Shown: one piece after another, positions 58,272 through 64,000 of the stretch
Position numbering within the stretch: the first letter of the stretch is position 1
How the letters are laid out: each line of letters starts with the position of its first letter
From: a virus
Taxonomy: Duplodnaviria > Caudoviricetes
Direction: 5' to 3' (one strand)
IMG/VR virus record: IMGVR_UViG_2597489997_000001
Span: 64,001 to 128,000 of that record
Length of the DNA: 64,000 nt
Position numbers and translations under genes: made by a program
The notes under the pieces: generated by a model
The model's database searches: none
The model's input: only the letters and a program-made list of their open reading frames with translations
Told to the model about the DNA's origin: nothing

Positions 58272-58596
58272 GAAACAGTATTCAGATTCAGAACGTTTGG
58301 ATGTCTTAGTCAACAGGGAGGATGAACTCCTCCTTTTGTTGGATTCGAGACACGCTAAGTTTGAAAAGCAAAATCTTTCCTTTATTGATCAACACCATGT
58401 GAAGACTAACCTTAAAACTCTGAGACCTTCGGATGTTGTGAGACTTGTTCGTCATTTGGATGTGGAACTTTACTCCACCGATATTGGATCTATCAATCAA
58501 GTACCTGGCGGATATCAAATAAGTATCCGTCCCGATTGTTTGATTCATTATGGGACATTCAAAATTAAATACCGTGAATATAACGAGGATAGTTAA
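58258..58596 (+). CDS. Small putative virion protein
   Basis: AAGGA RBS; C-terminal IRPDCLIHYGTFKI strand motif. Confidence 0.6.
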   Translation: MERLKKQYSDSERLDVLVNREDELLLLLDSRHAKFEKQNLSFIDQHHVKTNLKTLRPSDVVRLVRHLDVELYSTDIGSINQVPGGYQISIRPDCLIHYGTFKIKYREYNEDS

Positions 58597-58599
58597 GAA

Positions 58600-59526
58600 A
58601 TGGCAGATAACGTAGACGCTGGGCGCGATTCCCAGAAACTCCCTAACCAGATCGTAACGCCGAACGGTATGGGTATTATTATCAACGCAGCCTGTGTTAC
58701 TCGACAGACGGTTGAAATTCCAAAGAACACCACTCTGAACGAACTGTACGACGTACTGGCTGATGAATCCCTGGGTCGCAAAGCTGGTAAAGATTTCCAG
58801 CTGGGTTACTACGGTATTGGTATCGGTGGTTCTCGTTGTATCGGTACAGATGCAAACGGTTTAGAAGGTCGCCGCGTTTACCAACACAAAGCAACTGACT
58901 ATAACGCATTCTACCCGATCCCGTTCATTGCTCGTAAGCTGGGCGAAGATATCGATCCCGTTCTTCGTGACAACTACCGTATGCGTGTTGTTAAGAAAGT
59001 CGGTGATGAGATGTATGTCTTCTATTACCTGAAACTGATTGACTTCACTGAATTCGACCCAACTCAAAAAGTGGGTGAACGTGATCCAGAGACAGGTAAC
59101 GAAACAGAACGTCCGTACATTCCTAAGAAGGAAGACCTGACGCCTAAGCCTTACGAACTGCAAGCTACAAACTCAGTACCAATTACCAACACCTATATTA
59201 ATGGTTCTGGTAAAATGACGCTGACTCTGAATGGCAATGACCTGGAAGAGATTCGTAACGTTTGCCGTATCCTGTTCAATGATAGCTCTAAAGCAGCAAT
59301 CAACGAAATGTACCTGGCTTATGGTATTGAAACCCGCAACGATGGCGACATCACTGGTGGCGGTACTGTTAACTATAAAGAACTGCAATCAGCTGTGGTT
59401 TCATACCTGATTACCGAAGCTTATGCTCGTGACGCTAACGCTAACAGCAAAATGCCTTGGGCGTTCTGGTACGGTAACTCATTGCCGCTGTTGGTTTCTC
59501 CTGAGACTCTGGCAGTAGCTGGCTAA
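58600..59526 (+). CDS. Virion structural protein (baseplate region)
   Basis: GAGGA RBS; YYGIGIGG, PIPFIAR and YYLK motifs; strong codon bias. Confidence 0.6.
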   Translation: MADNVDAGRDSQKLPNQIVTPNGMGIIINAACVTRQTVEIPKNTTLNELYDVLADESLGRKAGKDFQLGYYGIGIGGSRCIGTDANGLEGRRVYQHKATDYNAFYPIPFIARKLGEDIDPVLRDNYRMRVVKKVGDEMYVFYYLKLIDFTEFDPTQKVGERDPETGNETERPYIPKKEDLTPKPYELQATNSVPITNTYINGSGKMTLTLNGNDLEEIRNVCRILFNDSSKAAINEMYLAYGIETRNDGDITGGGTVNYKELQSAVVSYLITEAYARDANANSKMPWAFWYGNSLPLLVSPETLAVAG

Positions 59527-59544
59527 TAACAAAGGGGCTTTGAC

Positions 59545-60165
59545 GTGACAACCGTAACTGACAAGGTCCCTCCCGTTATCGTCGAGCTTTCAATAACTAA
59601 GTGGTCTTCATTCAAGGCCACTATCCCTTCCCTTATTGAGAGTCTTGGTATCGAGATTAAACCAGAAGACTATGAAGACCGTCTTGCCTTTATTGATACA
59701 GACGGTTCTTTGAAGATCACTGGCGTTAACCTCAGTACCGGTAATGTGGACTGGGTAATAAAGAACAAAGTAATAACCAATTCTTCTGAAGAATCCATTA
59801 TGCTGGATAATCCCAAAGACTTCCACTTCAAGGAAGTTATTGAGAATGTGTCCGCATTGGTAAATACCGAAGCTGAATTGAGTTTCATGAAGAACTTAAA
59901 GTTGGATGTCCGTGATGACTCTGGTCAGATTGGTAACTCAACCGCAAGACAACTCATGCAAGTATTAAACAACTACCGCATTGGGAATGGCTGGACTGCC
60001 AACCCTGGCGCTGGTTGCACAACCGCCTACTTCGTACCTCGTTACTACGGCCCTGGTGCAGATGCTCCAGATATTTATAACTTTAACCGTGATGCTCGTT
60101 TACTGGTCGTGGTGGAGTTACTGATGTATGGGGGATATAAAACCCATGCTCTAGTCGTGAGATAG
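59545..60165 (+). CDS. Hypothetical protein
   Basis: AAGGGG RBS; GTG start. Confidence 0.65.
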   Translation: MTTVTDKVPPVIVELSITKWSSFKATIPSLIESLGIEIKPEDYEDRLAFIDTDGSLKITGVNLSTGNVDWVIKNKVITNSSEESIMLDNPKDFHFKEVIENVSALVNTEAELSFMKNLKLDVRDDSGQIGNSTARQLMQVLNNYRIGNGWTANPGAGCTTAYFVPRYYGPGADAPDIYNFNRDARLLVVVELLMYGGYKTHALVVR

Positions 60166-60169
60166 TATT

Positions 60170-60736
60170 ATGAGTGTACGCATATTAGGGATTGACCCAG
60201 GGATAAGTAACCTAGGTGCCGCAGGCTTTGAAGTCGACTGTTATGAGCGTAAGCCTTTCAAACTCATATATGCAGACACCCTTCAAGGCGATTACAATGA
60301 TTTCGGTATATCCAAGACTAACCCATTGCAGATTAAAGCATTGGGGTTGACTCGGGCATACGGCACGGTATTTGAGATCGTTGAACCTCATGCAGTTAGC
60401 TGTGAAGATAACTTCTTAGGTCCATCTCCCTCAAGTTTCAAACGACTCATTGAAATCGTTTCATTCATTCACCTGCATAATGCCAATACAGGAGATCGCG
60501 TTGGTTTTATACAAGTGCTCCCCCGGTTAGCTAAACAGATCGTTAATGCTGACTTCAGAGGGACGACCAAGGATGATGTCACCAAAGGGTTAAAAGCTTG
60601 TCCCTTCATTGATTTGAATGGGTTCGATCTCGACAAGTTAACAGAGCACGCCAACGATGCAATCCTCCTTGGCCTTTATAGCTGTGTTCAGTATTATAAA
60701 GAATTAGGATGGGATGTCTTTGATGGAAAGAATTAA
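60170..60736 (+). CDS. ruvC: RuvC-like Holliday junction resolvase
   Basis: ILGIDPG, SCED and EHANDA catalytic motifs. Confidence 0.85.
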   Translation: MSVRILGIDPGISNLGAAGFEVDCYERKPFKLIYADTLQGDYNDFGISKTNPLQIKALGLTRAYGTVFEIVEPHAVSCEDNFLGPSPSSFKRLIEIVSFIHLHNANTGDRVGFIQVLPRLAKQIVNADFRGTTKDDVTKGLKACPFIDLNGFDLDKLTEHANDAILLGLYSCVQYYKELGWDVFDGKN

Positions 60737-61373
60737 AACTCTGACCGCTGAGACCCGTATACATCCGTGGGACAGAATCCCGATCGTGTTAAAAGCGATA
60801 TCGGGGTTCAACTCATGCTTGACTGTATCAGTCACCAGCGCAATCTTTATCTGGGGTATCCATCAGTCAGTTACTACTGGTGTTGGAACGTGGCCAGGAA
60901 TAGCCACCGCCCTGTTAATGATGATAGGTCCGATTATCATCGCATGGAACTTCGTAAACGCGAAATCCATTATAACTACAATTCTGACTCAAGATCCAGA
61001 TGGTGCTGAAGGGGACACTATCCCTAAGCAAGTTGTTGTACCCTCAGCTACTCCAATCATCACGGAGTCTGACATAGCAGTAGAACGTGAGATAGTTGGT
61101 CCTACTACAGTTATCCTACGCGCTATCGCTGGTGCATTCTCAACTCACATCATCTGCTTCTGTAGTCTGTTGTTTACTTGGACTATCCATGATGCCATGA
61201 TCAGCGGGAAACACCTTCCAAGCAACACTGAGCTGTTTATGGTTGTAGTTGGTCCGATTGTAACGTCATGGAACTTCGTACGCGCTAGCGCTACCCTGAG
61301 CACTGTAATGCAGGGTACGTCTGCTATATCGAAATGGCGTAACAAGTTATCTGGTTGGATAGCAACAAAATAA
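60714..61373 (+). CDS. Four-TM membrane protein with internal duplication; candidate holin
   Basis: Two homologous halves, each with two hydrophobic segments ending GPI...WNFV.A; next to the spanin genes. Confidence 0.5.
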   Translation: MSLMERIKTLTAETRIHPWDRIPIVLKAISGFNSCLTVSVTSAIFIWGIHQSVTTGVGTWPGIATALLMMIGPIIIAWNFVNAKSIITTILTQDPDGAEGDTIPKQVVVPSATPIITESDIAVEREIVGPTTVILRAIAGAFSTHIICFCSLLFTWTIHDAMISGKHLPSNTELFMVVVGPIVTSWNFVRASATLSTVMQGTSAISKWRNKLSGWIATK

Positions 61374-61384
61374 ACAAACATATC

Positions 61385-61419
61385 CCTCTACCCCTCCGTA
61401 AGGAAGGGTAGAGGTTATG
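61385..61419. terminator. Bidirectional hairpin, CCCTAC family
   Basis: AAACATAT.CCTCTACCCCTCC-GTAA-GGAAGGGTAGAGG-TTATG between convergent genes. Confidence 0.8.
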
Positions 61420-61428
61420 CATGCACAA

Positions 61429-61875
61429 TTACTTTTTGATACTAATGCCTGGAGGTTTGTTATCCTGAAGATTATCAATAACAGAATTGATATTCCCAGT
61501 CATTCTATCCAAAGCTTGATTCAGTCCGTTGATTTGGTCATTGGCAGCATCCAGCTCCTTGGTAGTAGCAATCAACAAGAGTCTGGTTTCTAGGTAACAA
61601 CCTTTGAAATCATCCTGAGTTAAACAGAAGTTGTTACCAAGGTAGTAATCCAACTTACCTATGTTGCTTTCCCGGTACTTCCAGTCCTTACTATAAACGT
61701 TAGCAGGGACATCAGTGAGACTATTTTTTAGGCTGGCTAGCTGGGTTCGGTACAGGTCCAGTTTTGCTAGCTCGGTTTTCATCTCTACGTACGTCCCGCC
61801 CTCCGTTATCTTCGGTTGGCTGTTGCACGCGACGAGCATAAATGTCAGCAATAGTAAGATTAGAGTTTTTGTCAT
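61429..61875 (-). CDS. Outer-membrane lipoprotein spanin (o-spanin, Rz1-like)
   Basis: Signal peptide MTKTLILLLLTFM plus lipobox LVA-C; begins inside the i-spanin gene in another frame (start 61875, 61881 or 61902). Confidence 0.7.
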   Translation of the reverse strand: MTKTLILLLLTFMLVACNSQPKITEGGTYVEMKTELAKLDLYRTQLASLKNSLTDVPANVYSKDWKYRESNIGKLDYYLGNNFCLTQDDFKGCYLETRLLLIATTKELDAANDQINGLNQALDRMTGNINSVIDNLQDNKPPGISIKK

Positions 61876-62161
61876 ACCCATACTTACCGTAAAGATCTTC
61901 ATAATCGGCTTCTCGTTTCTGTTGGTTCTGTTGAGTCGCGTTCTGTAAATTAGCAGCCCACTCTCGTTGATCCGCAGCAACCTTACCAATGTTCTCCGAA
62001 GCAGCACTAATCCGATCTACAGCAACGGACAGTTTCTCAACGGTGTCTTTGTTAAGAGTGTTGTCGGGTTTAAAGAATAACCAGCCAGCAAGCAACAGAA
62101 GTAACAGCCACATGGCTATTGTCTGGAGTCCGGCAATTCGTACTTTCCATTTGTCATCCAT
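61721..62161 (-). CDS. Inner-membrane spanin (i-spanin, Rz-like)
   Basis: Single N-terminal TM helix followed by a coiled-coil periplasmic region; overlaps the lipoprotein gene. Confidence 0.7.
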   Translation of the reverse strand: MDDKWKVRIAGLQTIAMWLLLLLLAGWLFFKPDNTLNKDTVEKLSVAVDRISAASENIGKVAADQREWAANLQNATQQNQQKREADYEDLYGKYGYDKNSNLTIADIYARRVQQPTEDNGGRDVRRDENRASKTGPVPNPASQPKK

Positions 62162-62162
62162 A

Positions 62163-63389
62163 CTAAGCCTTCCTAAGTTCTACACCATGAATCTTAAACG
62201 TGTATCCCCTTTGCAGTCTACCAACATTACCAGGGTTAGTTGCATCATTCAAGATGATCTGTCCACCCTTGGTCCCGTCAGTCATGAAAGGATAGAAACG
62301 ATAGATTCGTAGGTCATGGTTAATCAGACGTTGCTTGATCCCGTAAGATTTCAAATAGGGAACAGGGAACATCCCGTTTTCCAGCAACACCGGATGTTGG
62401 AAACGATCCTCGGTGTGCAGGACATTTGGATAGCGGAAGGTAGTTAATGGAACTACATCCACCCCCAAACTTGGGTTGTCAATAAGTACGATGAAACTAT
62501 TGTGAGAGAGCAAAGCTTCTTTCTTATAGTTATCAAACTTAGTGAGATTAGTCAACTTAGGAGTTCTGGTGTAATGACGATAGTTAAGGAAGTGATGACA
62601 TACGTCAAAGGCCGTCAGATCAATCGTAAGACGATCATCGGCAGTACGTGATACAATCTCCGGGTCTACGAGTAACTGCCCGTTAACAACGACGTACGCT
62701 GTCTTAGAGGAGATGTTCTCATCTAACTTGTATTCCCATAACTTACCAGATGTGGTTTCCGTTTCAATAAGTTTATCTTTATCAAAAGGAATGGTTTTAA
62801 CCTTGCCCAGTTTCTGGAAGTTCAGAGCCCCGATTCTGATATCGTTACGATTAGCGATATAGTCGGTACCAGCACCTAACAGATAAACGCCATCACTTCT
62901 GCCAACAGAACGAACGAACACACCGTTAACAGTAAACAGTGAATAATCATTAATTTTGTTATAGTCGATATTTTGATAGCGATAATGAGAAACACGGATA
63001 TCTGGAGCCGAGTCCGCAAGCAGAGCGTCTTGCCTATCTTTTGCAAGGTTTAGATCTGCTGGATAATGGAAATAACCATAGGTGAAAATACGCTCGAGTT
63101 TGACATAGCTGTATTTATCACCCGGTGTTATGTCGGACGGCTTAAGGTTATTTCCGTTCTGAGTTTGCAACCACTGTTCAATATCGTACTGTGGGACTTC
63201 AGCGAATTCAAGTCTGTAATCTTCGAGTGAGATTGTGACATCCGAATTAAACATTTCATCACGAACTGTTATATAAAGGATATCAAACATCTTCTCAAGA
63301 TCAGCAACACTATAACCTTTGATATCCACAGGGTGGTATCCAGGTCTGTAGTTCTTGTATCGCCCCGTTGAGTATTTGTATGTGTACAT
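62163..63389 (-). CDS. Conserved virion structural protein
   Basis: ORF 62163..63455; ATG 63389 (MYTYKYS) is the likely start; LFTVNG and YVVVNG repeats. Confidence 0.6.
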   Translation of the reverse strand: MYTYKYSTGRYKNYRPGYHPVDIKGYSVADLEKMFDILYITVRDEMFNSDVTISLEDYRLEFAEVPQYDIEQWLQTQNGNNLKPSDITPGDKYSYVKLERIFTYGYFHYPADLNLAKDRQDALLADSAPDIRVSHYRYQNIDYNKINDYSLFTVNGVFVRSVGRSDGVYLLGAGTDYIANRNDIRIGALNFQKLGKVKTIPFDKDKLIETETTSGKLWEYKLDENISSKTAYVVVNGQLLVDPEIVSRTADDRLTIDLTAFDVCHHFLNYRHYTRTPKLTNLTKFDNYKKEALLSHNSFIVLIDNPSLGVDVVPLTTFRYPNVLHTEDRFQHPVLLENGMFPVPYLKSYGIKQRLINHDLRIYRFYPFMTDGTKGGQIILNDATNPGNVGRLQRGYTFKIHGVELRKA

Positions 63390-63456
63390 ATAACAAAACC
63401 TTTTCAGAGGAATATAATTGATGCCAAATGATTCAAGATTGAAGGTATCTGGCAAA

Positions 63457-64000
63457 ATGACTTATCCTTGGAACCCGTTCCAAGATGTACCCGGTGGTCA
63501 TGTTGATCCAGAACCAGCTCACGTCCAGGGTGGCTCAGATGGTGTTATTATCGTACCTCGTGCTGGTCCATTCTTCTCTCGTGATTTTAAAATCAAGTTA
63601 GCTGACTCCGGTCGTGAACTTAAAATGGAAGCAGGTGAATATGGGTTCTTATTCCCATTCGGCGCATTCATTCAAAAGTACAACCGTTTAGCTTACGGTG
63701 CATTGCACGTTAAAGGTGTAACAGGTCCTACTGACTTCATCATTGAGTACGACACCATCGGTGGTGATTTTGTACTGGATGACATAGCTTATGCACAGGC
63801 TGTAGCTAACACCTTAACAGCACCACGTACGATTGACTGGTCTCAGTTGACTAACCTGCCTTCGGTATGGCCTTCTGACCCACACGAACAACCAGCATCA
63901 GATACCATGAACTATGGTGACTTGATTGTCTGGATGAAGTCTTATCTGGATGCTATTACAGCCACCGATATGAACTTCAACTTTAAGACTGCATTTGAGG
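63457..64000 (+). CDS. Virion/tail-associated structural protein, 3'-truncated (not in the ORF track)
   Basis: Open frame to the window end: MTYPWNPFQD...IVPRAGPFFS...EYDTIGGDF...PRTIDWSQLTNLPSVWPSDPH; alternative in-frame ATG at 63421. Confidence 0.7.
   Translation, partial: MTYPWNPFQDVPGGHVDPEPAHVQGGSDGVIIVPRAGPFFSRDFKIKLADSGRELKMEAGEYGFLFPFGAFIQKYNRLAYGALHVKGVTGPTDFIIEYDTIGGDFVLDDIAYAQAVANTLTAPRTIDWSQLTNLPSVWPSDPHEQPASDTMNYGDLIVWMKSYLDAITATDMNFNFKTAFE

Noticed and set aside
2572-61419. Hairpin repeats as a CRISPR array or IS ends
   Set aside because: They are dispersed singly at operon boundaries with no spacer periodicity. No cas or transposase gene is present.
61876-62007. 5' extension of the lipoprotein ORF to 62007
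   Set aside because: It would put the lipobox at residue 62. A start near 61875-61902 gives a normal signal peptide.
1-64000. Alternative genetic code, introns or inteins, tRNA genes
   Set aside because: TAA, TAG and TGA all end genes normally and coding density is high under the standard code. The RNAP, helicase and polymerase ORFs are uninterrupted. No cloverleaf was seen in the short intergenic gaps, though no tRNA scan was run.

Overview
This 64 kb window comes from a phiKZ/SPN3US-like (Chimalliviridae, nucleus-forming type) jumbo myophage, probably of an enterobacterial host, and uses the standard genetic code. Motif-supported core genes are an SF2 helicase, a virion RNAP beta' fragment, the exonuclease-containing half of the split family B DNA polymerase, a DnaB helicase and a RuvC resolvase. 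Gene order and weaker motifs point to baseplate genes, a cluster of protease-matured head proteins, the major capsid protein, a non-virion RNAP beta fragment, the portal, an overlapping spanin pair and a candidate holin. Small accessory genes, several of them paralogous, sit at 0-7, 13.6-14.8 and 51-53 kb. The best candidate for something new is an unannotated -1 programmed ribosomal frameshift at 12452-12458 (T TTT TTC). It would fuse the 539-aa ORF at 10908 to the next ORF to give a ~690-aa product, as in lambda G/GT or P2 E/E' tail assembly chaperones. Other signals are a family of about 19 intergenic hairpins often flanked by CATA/TATG, including an exact 32-bp inverted pair; a G-x-E maturation motif shared by more than ten virion proteins; a tandem 'conserved propeptide + variable cargo' cassette array; a zincin-motif membrane protein in the virion gene block; and a candidate early promoter motif. 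phiKZ gp numbers are from recalled synteny and motifs, not from a database search. I found no tRNA, CRISPR array, integrase or intron.
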